This document shows positions 18,100 to 26,025 of a DNA stretch of 30,744 nt, one piece after another. The position numbers and the translations under genes are program-made. Position 1 is the first letter of the stretch. Every line of letters starts with the position of its first letter. Below the pieces are notes generated by a model that had not been told where the DNA came from, searched no databases, and saw only the letters and a program-made list of their open reading frames with translations. Source of the stretch: an uncultured virus (IMG/VR IMGVR_UViG_3300032132_000750) (Duplodnaviria; Heunggongvirae; Uroviricota; Caudoviricetes); IMG/VR virus record IMGVR_UViG_3300032132_000750. The stretch is one strand, 5' to 3'.

Positions 18100-19188
18100 A
18101 TGAAAGTAACTCGCTTCGCCTTCAAGAAGCCCATCGATTTTCATTGTCATTTTAGGCAAGGCAAGTTGCTTAAACATCTTGTAGGGGAGAGCGCGCGTTA
18201 CTTTAAAAAGGCCCTAGCAATGCCTAACACTACCCCTCCAATCTTAACGCCAGAAGACGTTACGCAATACGGAACTGAATTGCGCTCTGCCGCAGCGCAG
18301 CATTTTGGTGGGTGGTGGGAACCATCGAAGTTTGATGTTCTTCTGACTTTTAAAATTATAGAAAGTACAGATCCTAATAGCATTGCTGGTCTTAAAGCCG
18401 CAGGGGCTGTTGCAGGAAAGCTCTATCCTGGTGGAGTAACTACTAATTCCGAGGATGGTGTAAAAGACTTTAAGGCTCTTTACCCGGTCTTCGATGAAAT
18501 GCAAAAACATGATGTTGTGCTATGTGTTCATGCTGAGATGCCAGGATCATCTATCGAAACAGCAGAGGAAGACTTTCTTCCGATCTTAAGCGATATTATC
18601 GACGCCTTTCCTACTCTTAGGATTGTATTTGAGCACATCTCAACAGCAGCCGGAGTTGAGTTTATTCAGCAAAGATGGGGCAAATATAATAGGCACCTAT
18701 CAGCAACGGTTACCCCACACCATCTATTGCTAACTCATGATGATGTCTTTAAAGAAGGCAAGGTTCACAATCCGCATCATTTTTGTAAACCAGTATGCAA
18801 AACTAAGGCAGACAGAACTGCGATTCGTGGCGCGGTTTTGCATGACTGCCACCCAGCGTTTTTCTTAGGTACAGATAGTGCTCCGCATCCCGACGAAGCT
18901 AAGCAAAAAGATTCTCCGAACGCAGGGGTTTACAACGTAGGAACCTCTATCTCCCTGCTTGTTGATGAATTCATCATGGCAGATTCGTTATCTGAATTTG
19001 AATTATTTACATCAATTTATGGGGAGCGTTTCTATCAGCTAGACCCCCATGATGAAGAGGTTGAGTATATCCGGCAAGAAGGGACTGTTATCCCCGAATT
19101 TTGGGAACCGTATGCTGGGATGAAGATCAAACCTCTTGGTGCAGGACAAGAAATAACTTGGAGGCCAGAACAACGTTGGGGTTCCTAA
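18100..19188 (+). CDS. pyrC: Dihydroorotase (homodimeric, type II)
   Basis: DFHCH, MPNT, KLYPGGVTTNS, HAE, EHIST, TPHHL, FCKP and GTDSAPH. Confidence 0.93.
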   Translation: MKVTRFAFKKPIDFHCHFRQGKLLKHLVGESARYFKKALAMPNTTPPILTPEDVTQYGTELRSAAAQHFGGWWEPSKFDVLLTFKIIESTDPNSIAGLKAAGAVAGKLYPGGVTTNSEDGVKDFKALYPVFDEMQKHDVVLCVHAEMPGSSIETAEEDFLPILSDIIDAFPTLRIVFEHISTAAGVEFIQQRWGKYNRHLSATVTPHHLLLTHDDVFKEGKVHNPHHFCKPVCKTKADRTAIRGAVLHDCHPAFFLGTDSAPHPDEAKQKDSPNAGVYNVGTSISLLVDEFIMADSLSEFELFTSIYGERFYQLDPHDEEVEYIRQEGTVIPEFWEPYAGMKIKPLGAGQEITWRPEQRWGS

Positions 19189-19217
19189 ATGATCTTCTCT
19201 TTTTCGATAATGTTTCA

Positions 19218-19223
19218 TATGAT
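19218..19223 (+). promoter_or_regulatory. -10 box of a putative leaderless promoter
   Basis: TATGAT, 6 nt, ATG 19230; no SD. Confidence 0.55.
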
Positions 19224-19229
19224 TAAATC

Positions 19230-20027
19230 ATGGATAGGCATCTTAGAAATCTAGAAAGAAGAGTGCAAGGAGGGGAGTCAAACCTCTATCCAACACTTTT
19301 AAGTGAGTATCTTCGTTCTGAATACATTATGCGAGTCCCTATTGAGCTTGCCGCCAAATACGGTAATGAAGCTGCCCAGCAAGTAGTGGGTGATATCCCC
19401 CAGGCTAAACATGATGAAATAGAATCAGACTTTTTCTACAGGCAACTAAGTAAGTCTTCTTGGGTGAGAGAGTTTTTCTTGCGCAGAGGTGTTGCTATTG
19501 TCCAAGAATGTCTCGACAACGAGTGGGACCTTTCTCCCGAAGATGCCTGGGCTAAAGTTCGAATGCGAGGCTCGCTTAGAGAAGTTAATGACTTCATTAC
19601 GTTGCGCCACACGCTCGACCCAGATCGAGATGCTCTGGGTCCCATGCGTGATGGTTTCATAGAAAGAATTCGAACTCTTCACACGATAAGAACTCTGTTT
19701 GAGGCAAACAACGTATTAGAATTGTATGGTATTGATATACTTACAGCACTGTGCGTAGCGGTAACCCGTGAATGTTGGTGGATTGCTGGAGGAAAAATAG
19801 ATGAGCCTAATAACTCTGTTTCTATAGCGCAGGGCTGGAATCCTCTTTATGGGATTTTCCATCGAAGCCGTAGCCGACGAGCCTTAGATGCCTTCCGAGA
19901 AGGTGACGAATCTAATGCTTACATCCAGACCATGCTGGAATTGAAAATAGGGGCCAGACTTGACAAATGGCTTCTGAGGCCCTACACTGACTACCGGGGA
20001 CTGCAAAATGTTCCTCCAGGCAGTTAA
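19230..20027 (+). CDS. Helical protein of the MDxxLRxLER paralog family
   Basis: MDRHLRNLERRVQGG...IELAAKYGNEAA; near the C-terminus IGARLDKWLL. Confidence 0.75.
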   Translation: MDRHLRNLERRVQGGESNLYPTLLSEYLRSEYIMRVPIELAAKYGNEAAQQVVGDIPQAKHDEIESDFFYRQLSKSSWVREFFLRRGVAIVQECLDNEWDLSPEDAWAKVRMRGSLREVNDFITLRHTLDPDRDALGPMRDGFIERIRTLHTIRTLFEANNVLELYGIDILTALCVAVTRECWWIAGGKIDEPNNSVSIAQGWNPLYGIFHRSRSRRALDAFREGDESNAYIQTMLELKIGARLDKWLLRPYTDYRGLQNVPPGS

Positions 20028-20029
20028 TT

Positions 20030-20299
20030 ATGTCATTTGAAGGATGTTATCAGCGGCTCTGTAAAGTGGGCCACCTCTCTGAAGAAGATGTCTATACATC
20101 GGATAATGAAAATTATTGGAAATGCCCTGATTGTCAGGAATCGCTTGCCTGGTGGAACTTAGTTGATCAAACTAATGATCCCGAAGAGGGTAGGGTGGAA
20201 TTAAAAGAAAAAGATCCTGCTGCACTCGATGTAGCTCCTAAAATTTATTGTATTCCAAATAATGTCGGCCAAGTGTTTACTCCGACAAAATCTTTGTAA
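20030..20299 (+). CDS. Small Zn-ribbon-like phage protein
   Basis: C..GH...CPDC...WWNLVDQTN. Confidence 0.6.
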   Translation: MSFEGCYQRLCKVGHLSEEDVYTSDNENYWKCPDCQESLAWWNLVDQTNDPEEGRVELKEKDPAALDVAPKIYCIPNNVGQVFTPTKSL

Positions 20300-20313
20300 G
20301 TTCGGAATTTGTA

Positions 20314-20712
20314 ATGAATGTGAAACTTCTCCGTTATCTGTTTGATAGCAAAACCAAGAAAAAAACAATCCTCGAAGAGCTTGATGTAAATCTGGCTACG
20401 GAGGGTTTAACCGAAATTCTGGCTAGGGCTGCTATACGTCAAGTATTGCCTGCCTGGTCATCTGAAATGGCTAAAGAGGCCGACGGCTGGCCTTATCTGT
20501 ATAAGTTTCGTGATGATCGGGGTAAAGTCTTTAGGGCACAAAAACCTACCGGGGACGCCCAAATTAAAGGTTCTTTTCATCACGTCTGGGAACACATTGA
20601 AATTTGGGGTGAAGCAGAAACTGCAAAACCGATAAAAGCTAAGAAACCCAAACCTAGGGCTAAAAGACTTCCACGAGGCCCCAAGACTTCTGAAATTAGT
20701 AGTAACGTCTAG
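20314..20712 (+). CDS. Hypothetical protein with basic tail
   Basis: 132 aa ORF; converges with the minus-strand gene. Confidence 0.6.
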   Translation: MNVKLLRYLFDSKTKKKTILEELDVNLATEGLTEILARAAIRQVLPAWSSEMAKEADGWPYLYKFRDDRGKVFRAQKPTGDAQIKGSFHHVWEHIEIWGEAETAKPIKAKKPKPRAKRLPRGPKTSEISSNV

Positions 20713-21622
20713 CGCGGGCTTCGACTAAAGCTTCATGTGCTTGGGCCATTCTACTGCGTATTTTATTAGTAATGAAACCGGGCTGACGCTCCTCTTCCGC
20801 CTCACGAAGCTCTAAAATAGTTCCTCGTAATCTTTGCTGTAACGCGGCGATGGTTGGATCATTTGATAGAGGAACAATATCAGCACGCACTTCTGGATCT
20901 AGCCACAAAAACTCACCAGTATCTTCAGGTGCTAGAGTTTCTTGTGCTGCCTTAGTTTCGGGGGTAAACTCTTCTAGCATCCCAGCCAAAGTGTCGTGGT
21001 AGGCTTCTTCACCACTTATCGGAAAAAACCCATAACGAAGATTTTCATCCTCCCCATCAACTACATTGATATTGGCAAATTGTTTCCCGTCTATTTCGAA
21101 TATTAGCTCCATGTAACCCTCTTCATAAGGATTAAAGGTGATATCGTAAACATCGGGAGATTGTCTCATAACACCTACAGCAAGAATACGAAGCATCTCA
21201 AATGCAGGAGCAGGATCTCCCATATCAGGATGCCACTGCGGTATTATCCATCTATTGGGGTGTCCTCGGTCTTTTTTAGGTAGAGCCTCTCGCGCTTTAC
21301 GTTCCGCATGAGCAACATATTCCATGTGCTTCGCATCCGGTCCAACTTTCGTAGGCATCCCATTTTTAAAAGCGACTTTAATGACGTGCTCTAAAACTTG
21401 AACTTCGCGGCCTAATTGCTCAGCCCTCTCTCTATCTCCGCCTGAAGAGGCTCTGCGAAAACTACTCATCCCCATATCACGAAGTTCCTTAAAAAAGGTC
21501 TCACTATAGGCTCCTACGGCTGCTCGATCTAAATAGCTGCTGATTTGATGTATCTGTTCTACGCTTAATCTCTGTTTGGTGGCATCATAGGCAAAGGGAC
21601 CTTCTTCGTAACTACTTCTCAT
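20696..21622 (-). CDS. Hypothetical protein
   Basis: 308 aa ORF with its own -10 box. Confidence 0.75.
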   Translation of the reverse strand: MRSSYEEGPFAYDATKQRLSVEQIHQISSYLDRAAVGAYSETFFKELRDMGMSSFRRASSGGDRERAEQLGREVQVLEHVIKVAFKNGMPTKVGPDAKHMEYVAHAERKAREALPKKDRGHPNRWIIPQWHPDMGDPAPAFEMLRILAVGVMRQSPDVYDITFNPYEEGYMELIFEIDGKQFANINVVDGEDENLRYGFFPISGEEAYHDTLAGMLEEFTPETKAAQETLAPEDTGEFLWLDPEVRADIVPLSNDPTIAALQQRLRGTILELREAEEERQPGFITNKIRSRMAQAHEALVEARARRYY

Positions 21623-21628
21623 AGCCTA

Positions 21629-21634
21629 AGTATA
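21629..21634 (-). promoter_or_regulatory. -10 box of a putative leaderless promoter
   Basis: Minus strand TATACT, 6 nt (taggct), ATG at 21622. Confidence 0.55.
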
Positions 21635-21672
21635 TAAAATAATATGCAGTCGCAAGAGAAGAATAAAAGACC

Positions 21673-21701
21673 TTGTAAGTTCGGAGTCGAAGTGCTAGAG
21701 T
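21673..21701 (+). promoter_or_regulatory. Sigma70-type promoter
   Basis: TTGTAA, 17 nt, TG-extended TAGAGT; GGAG SD at 21719-21722 before ATG 21733. Confidence 0.5.
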
Positions 21702-21732
21702 AGCTGACGACCCGAACTGGAGATCATATTGT

Positions 21733-21963
21733 ATGAAAGTACAGGTTAGTGATTATGCTCATGCGTGCCCTGGTATTTTAAAGACCTTGGGCTTTGAAAC
21801 ACTTAAAGTGTATGAAATGTCAAAAGAGGAGTTGCTACAAAAAGCCAGTGATGCTTTGGATTTGGGTGTGGGAATATTAATACGACCCACTAGCGCTCTT
21901 GAAAGCTCTGTTGATCTAGTATTTCATATTGATTCCGCTAACGGTAAATTTCGTCAAAGGTAG
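21733..21963 (+). CDS. Small hypothetical protein
   Basis: 76 aa ORF with SD. Confidence 0.65.
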   Translation: MKVQVSDYAHACPGILKTLGFETLKVYEMSKEELLQKASDALDLGVGILIRPTSALESSVDLVFHIDSANGKFRQR

Positions 21964-21966
21964 ATC

Positions 21967-22455
21967 ATGTTCGGGTGGTTTAAGAAAAAAGTGACCTCGC
22001 AACGATCCTTAGTTGCAGGTATTGTGGCTTTAATGGACCAACGTCCTCGGGAATGGGAATTCTCAGCTAGAGGGAAGCAATTTCCTTATGCACAAACCCT
22101 AGCTCACACTAAAACCGACTTGAAATTTACTCTTTGTTACCATAATAGTCATAGTCCTTATCCTGATAAAATACAAGCCCAATCTAGCGGCCAAGTCGCA
22201 TTTAGAGGCCAAGAAAAAAATGTGTTGTTGTGCGCAGTAGAACGGCTGCGGCATAGTCGTTTTGACGCGGTAGCTTCGCAGTTTCTTAAACTTGAAACTA
22301 GAATAGTTTGTTGTGCCTGTAAAGACAAAATCATAGGCTGGGGTTGGGTCTGTAAATGTCAGAGTGTTCTAGACCAAACTTGCTATCAAAATAGTAACAT
22401 CTGTCCTGACTGCGGCGGGACTCTAGTTGATTTAACTTCGAGGAAGAATGCCTAG
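21967..22455 (+). CDS. Hypothetical protein with C-terminal Cys-rich (RING/Zn-finger-like) domain
   Basis: CCAC..CKC...C....CPDC. Confidence 0.6.
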   Translation: MFGWFKKKVTSQRSLVAGIVALMDQRPREWEFSARGKQFPYAQTLAHTKTDLKFTLCYHNSHSPYPDKIQAQSSGQVAFRGQEKNVLLCAVERLRHSRFDAVASQFLKLETRIVCCACKDKIIGWGWVCKCQSVLDQTCYQNSNICPDCGGTLVDLTSRKNA

Positions 22456-22957
22456 GATATGCTATTCTTGCAAACTGCAAGAAAATAACTTTGCGGGTAA
22501 ACATTGGAAGCCAGGGGCTCCCGTTACAAGCGATGGTCCGCGATGTAGACAATTGTCATTAGTTCCTGTACGTAGGGGCTATCGAGAAGATACTGTTGTA
22601 AAAAACCAACTTCTTTGTAGTTATTGTCGTGATCCCAATATATTTAGGATCGCTAGTCAATATTCTGATCTGCCTCAATACAGATCCATAGCAAAACGAC
22701 TAGAGACCGCTAAAGGTTTCGATATCATAGACATCGAAGTTGTTAAAGATTTTGACGCTTGGTCGGTAGACGGAACAACATGTGCTACGGTTAGTTTTAA
22801 AATAGGCAGTAAAACCTTTATTTTTGATTTTCAAGCTGCAGGTCCGAAGGGATATGCTATGTTTGAATATGCGCATGATTCAGATACGGCTAGGAAAAAT
22901 GTCTTAGAATTCATACATTGGTGGGTTAAAGCAATATCAACACGAAACTGGGACTAA
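22448..22957 (+). CDS. Hypothetical protein with CxxC pairs
   Basis: CYSC and CSYC; overlaps both neighbours. Confidence 0.6.
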   Translation: MPRICYSCKLQENNFAGKHWKPGAPVTSDGPRCRQLSLVPVRRGYREDTVVKNQLLCSYCRDPNIFRIASQYSDLPQYRSIAKRLETAKGFDIIDIEVVKDFDAWSVDGTTCATVSFKIGSKTFIFDFQAAGPKGYAMFEYAHDSDTARKNVLEFIHWWVKAISTRNWD

Positions 22958-23430
22958 TGGATTTAGTAATCAAAAAGCCTTGGGGCCACGAAAACATTAA
23001 AGAGAAAAACGATCTTTATGTTGTAAAACAGCTCTTCATTAGAGCTAATGAAAGGCTTTCTCTTCAATACCATGAAGAAAAAGATGAAACGATAATGTTA
23101 GTTCATGGAAAGGCTACAATAGAAAAACAGCCGCTCATATGCTATCAACATGAACCAAATCTAATTCCCGAGAAAATGGTTCCCTTTAGGCCCTACCACA
23201 TTACTCCAGGTCTGGTTCATCGTATTGCAGTAGAAGAAGATACCCATATAGTTGAGGTCAGTAGCCCACAACTTGATGACGTAGTTCGTCTCCAAGATGA
23301 TTATGCTCGGCCTCTGGGACTTCAGCGTGACCCCATAATAGATGGGATCGCAAAAGAAAAAGCTTTAGGTTTCGAACTTCAGTTAGAGAAACCAACAGGC
23401 GAGGAAACAAAAGATGATAAATCAAATTAA
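22957..23430 (+). CDS. Cupin protein (mannose-6-phosphate isomerase type II C-terminal-like)
   Basis: KPWG.E, LSLQYHEEKDET, PGLVHRI and EVSSPQLDDVVRLQDDY. Confidence 0.88.
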   Translation: MDLVIKKPWGHENIKEKNDLYVVKQLFIRANERLSLQYHEEKDETIMLVHGKATIEKQPLICYQHEPNLIPEKMVPFRPYHITPGLVHRIAVEEDTHIVEVSSPQLDDVVRLQDDYARPLGLQRDPIIDGIAKEKALGFELQLEKPTGEETKDDKSN

Positions 23431-24407
23431 AGAAGAAATTGAACAAATTGAAACTATGATGCAGGACTCCAGCTTCTACGGCGGAGACAAAACCCAGGAG
23501 CATCTTTAACCGATATTCAGAGCTAAAGCATCAGCTAGTTGTTGAGGAAACTAAAGCTGAAATCGTAGATTATGAGGAAATGTTGGCCGAATCTCCCGAA
23601 ATGGAAGAAGAGATTCGCCCCGAGATAGCTTCTCTACAAACTAAGCTTGCAAGTCTTGTTAAGCAGAAGGTAGATCCTGATGACAAGAAAAATGCCATTG
23701 TTGAAATACAATCCGGCGTTGGTGGTGATGAGTCAGCGCTTTTTGCCAGTGATCTCTATAAAATCTACGAGGCTTACGCCGGATCAAAACATCTTGGTGT
23801 TGAGCTATTAGAGATGACTCCTGGTAATATGGGAGGCTTTAAAAACATCGTTTTCAGCGTCACAGGTAAAAATGCCTACGGGACATTCAAAAATGAATCA
23901 GGGGCTCATAGAGTTCAACGTATCCCTAAAACAGAGACTAAGGGTAGAGTTCACACCAGTATTGCTTCGGTAATTGTCTTACCTGAGCAAAACATCGAAC
24001 AATTGGATATTAACAAGGCTGACGTGAAGGTAGAGACCTACAATAGTGGCGGAAAGGGTGGTCAGCATTGCAACAAATCTACAAACGCTGTGCGGCTAAC
24101 TCACGAGCCTACAGGTATAACGGCTTGTTCTCAGCTTAAATCTCAGATTCAAAACCATAAGCTTGCGTGGAAAGCCTTGGCGACTAGAATAGCTGACGAG
24201 GCACTGCAGACCGCCGAATCTGAAGCTGCTGATAAAAAACGTCGTCTCCGTGGTTCGGGAATGCGTAACGAGCGTATTCGAACCTATAACTACCCTCAAG
24301 ATCGCGTAACTGATCATCGAATCAAACAAAGCTACAGTCTAACGACCATCGCCGCAGGCGATTTAGATAAGTTGCTTGAAGATTTAAAGGAACAGCTTAC
24401 TGATTAA
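23414..24407 (+). CDS. prfA: Peptide chain release factor 1, about 330 aa, expressed through a +1 frameshift (join 23414..23506, 23508..24407)
   Basis: RF1 signatures GGDESALFA, HRVQRIPKTE (PxT), GGQ and ERIRTYNYPQDRVTDHRI; the missing N-terminal helices are supplied by the 31-codon ORF at 23414 (GAGGA SD at 23401-23405). Confidence 0.9.
23496..23510 (+). promoter_or_regulatory. Programmed +1 ribosomal frameshift cassette
   Basis: AGGAG (internal SD), 3-nt spacer CAT, CTT, TAA, C; same geometry as the prfB site AGGGGG-TAT-CTT-TGA-C. Confidence 0.85.
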
Positions 24408-24411
24408 GATG

Positions 24412-24417
24412 TAGAAT
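24412..24417 (+). promoter_or_regulatory. -10 box of a putative leaderless promoter
   Basis: TAGAAT, 6 nt, ATG 24424. Confidence 0.5.
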
Positions 24418-24423
24418 AGTCTT

Positions 24424-24750
24424 ATGAAAAGAAAAAATATTCTGCTATCCTTAGCACTCTCCTGTAGTCTCCTTTGTGGTGGCCACTTTTATTTAGAATG
24501 GATGATTAAAGAAGTCATCCAAGATCAAATTGAAACAAATAAAGATCGAATTAAAGATGAAATGAAAAAGGAGATTTTCCAAAGTCTTGAAGAAGATGAG
24601 GAAACTCAAAGGCAAGTTCAAAACTTAATGCAGAATGTTGTAGCCATCGAATTAGAGAATAATGGTGACAAGCACATAAGACAAATAATCAGAACAAAGT
24701 ATCCCTTCCTAGAAGCTTTTCTTGCAGCAAATGAACAAAAAACTAAATGA
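24424..24750 (+). CDS. Membrane-anchored coiled-coil protein
   Basis: Signal/TM N-terminus followed by an E/K/Q-rich helix. Confidence 0.65.
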   Translation: MKRKNILLSLALSCSLLCGGHFYLEWMIKEVIQDQIETNKDRIKDEMKKEIFQSLEEDEETQRQVQNLMQNVVAIELENNGDKHIRQIIRTKYPFLEAFLAANEQKTK

Positions 24751-25403
24751 ATATATCACACCCCAATAACTTTGTATATTGGGCTATACCGCACACAGGC
24801 TGTGAAACTATATTTAACGCCCTCAATCGTCATTATGGACTAGAAGGCCCGGAAAAGGCTGATGGAACTCGTCCGTTGTCCTATGAGATAGCTATCCCCG
24901 AAGATAGTATGGGCTACACCTTTGTCCTATCCATCCGGAATCCTTATCAGAGGCTTATTGCGTATTGGGAGCAATTTAAAGCCGAAACCTTGGATTCAGA
25001 ATTTAGTCCTGAACACGGTCTCATAAAGGCGAATGCACGTAAAGAAATACAAGAGTTTATCGAAAAAAACCCAGACGATTTTTCTGGGTTTGTAGCTTTT
25101 CTTTTTAAAAATGACCCAGAAGACGACCGAGAGAAACGTGCCGCAAAGAAGGCCCGTAGAGCTTGTGTTCCATCCCAAGCAGCGCTTGTTTCCGCAAATT
25201 ATGCTGTTCACTATCATATTCGATATGAACAGCTAGATAGGAGCTTTGGGGGCCTGCCTTTTGTAAATGAGCGAGTCAAAGTAGGTATTCGCAGCAATAC
25301 AGATCACTGGAAAAAACTCTATACACCAGAAGCTAGAAGACTCGTCAGCAGATACTGGGAAGATGATTTCTGTCGGTTTAGCTACCCAATGGAGCTAGAT
25401 TAG
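24747..25403 (+). CDS. Sulfotransferase family 2-like protein
   Basis: IPHTG (5'-PSB-like), IRNPYQRLIAYW (3'-PB-like), IRYEQL and W...Y...DF..F.Y C-terminus. Confidence 0.72.
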   Translation: MNISHPNNFVYWAIPHTGCETIFNALNRHYGLEGPEKADGTRPLSYEIAIPEDSMGYTFVLSIRNPYQRLIAYWEQFKAETLDSEFSPEHGLIKANARKEIQEFIEKNPDDFSGFVAFLFKNDPEDDREKRAAKKARRACVPSQAALVSANYAVHYHIRYEQLDRSFGGLPFVNERVKVGIRSNTDHWKKLYTPEARRLVSRYWEDDFCRFSYPMELD

Positions 25404-25551
25404 CTTTGGGTGGTGGGTGAAGCACAACCGCTAATACTCCCATTAAAAATAATCCCGAAAAGGCGAGAAGTGCGCCCGAGCCTTCCCATCGCCATCTTTC
25501 TTCGACCGCCCGGTTAATAGAAGCTTCTTCAGCAGTTTGCCCTAGTCTCAT
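25378..25551 (-). CDS. Small (57 aa) single-pass membrane protein, absent from the ORF track
   Basis: ATG overlaps the kinase TGA (ATGA); MRLGQTAEEASINRAVEERWRWEGSGALLAFSGLFLMGVLAVVLHPPPKANLAPLGS. Confidence 0.55.
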   Translation of the reverse strand: MRLGQTAEEASINRAVEERWRWEGSGALLAFSGLFLMGVLAVVLHPPPKANLAPLGS

Positions 25552-26024
25552 ACCTCGATTATATCACAATCACCGAAATCTCGCACTACATATTGCCCAT
25601 TTGGGCGTAATCCCCAGTTTTTATAACCCAGATCTCGGATAGTTATTCCCTGTTCGTGAAGCCAAATATAAAAATCTAATAAAACATCAAAGTGACAATG
25701 AAGATGGTCTTTGAGATTACGGTTTCTTTTAGAAAACTCTAACATCTTCTCCCTATCTTTTCTTATACGTTTAGGGGAAAAGTTTAACCGACACCAAATC
25801 TGTCTAAAATCACAGCAATATTCTTTAACGTCACTAAGATCTTCGCGCTCAATAATCCAATATAAACCAAAATGCCTCACGTCATAAACGTGAGGCAGCA
25901 TTGGATGGCGTAAAGATTTTATTTGCTCTGCAAGCAGAGCCTCTTTCTTCAAAGAAGTATGTTTCAGAATTCTATCATCGCTTCGATAGATATTGCCGTA
26001 GCGGCCTTCAGAAACTAACTTCAT
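25548..26024 (-). CDS. Minimal protein kinase-like fold protein
   Basis: SEGRYGNIY (Gly loop), ILK, KE, HP..P, RDLGYKNWG (catalytic loop) and DFG. Confidence 0.75.
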   Translation of the reverse strand: MKLVSEGRYGNIYRSDDRILKHTSLKKEALLAEQIKSLRHPMLPHVYDVRHFGLYWIIEREDLSDVKEYCCDFRQIWCRLNFSPKRIRKDREKMLEFSKRNRNLKDHLHCHFDVLLDFYIWLHEQGITIRDLGYKNWGLRPNGQYVVRDFGDCDIIEV

Positions 26025-26025
26025 C

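Noticed and set aside
23580..24407. RF1 starting at ATG 23580, or prfA as a pseudogene or sequencing error
   Set aside because: That start removes the N-domain. The break coincides exactly with a complete SD-3nt-CTT-stop-C cassette and all catalytic motifs are intact, which is unlikely for a random indel. Read checking is still advised.
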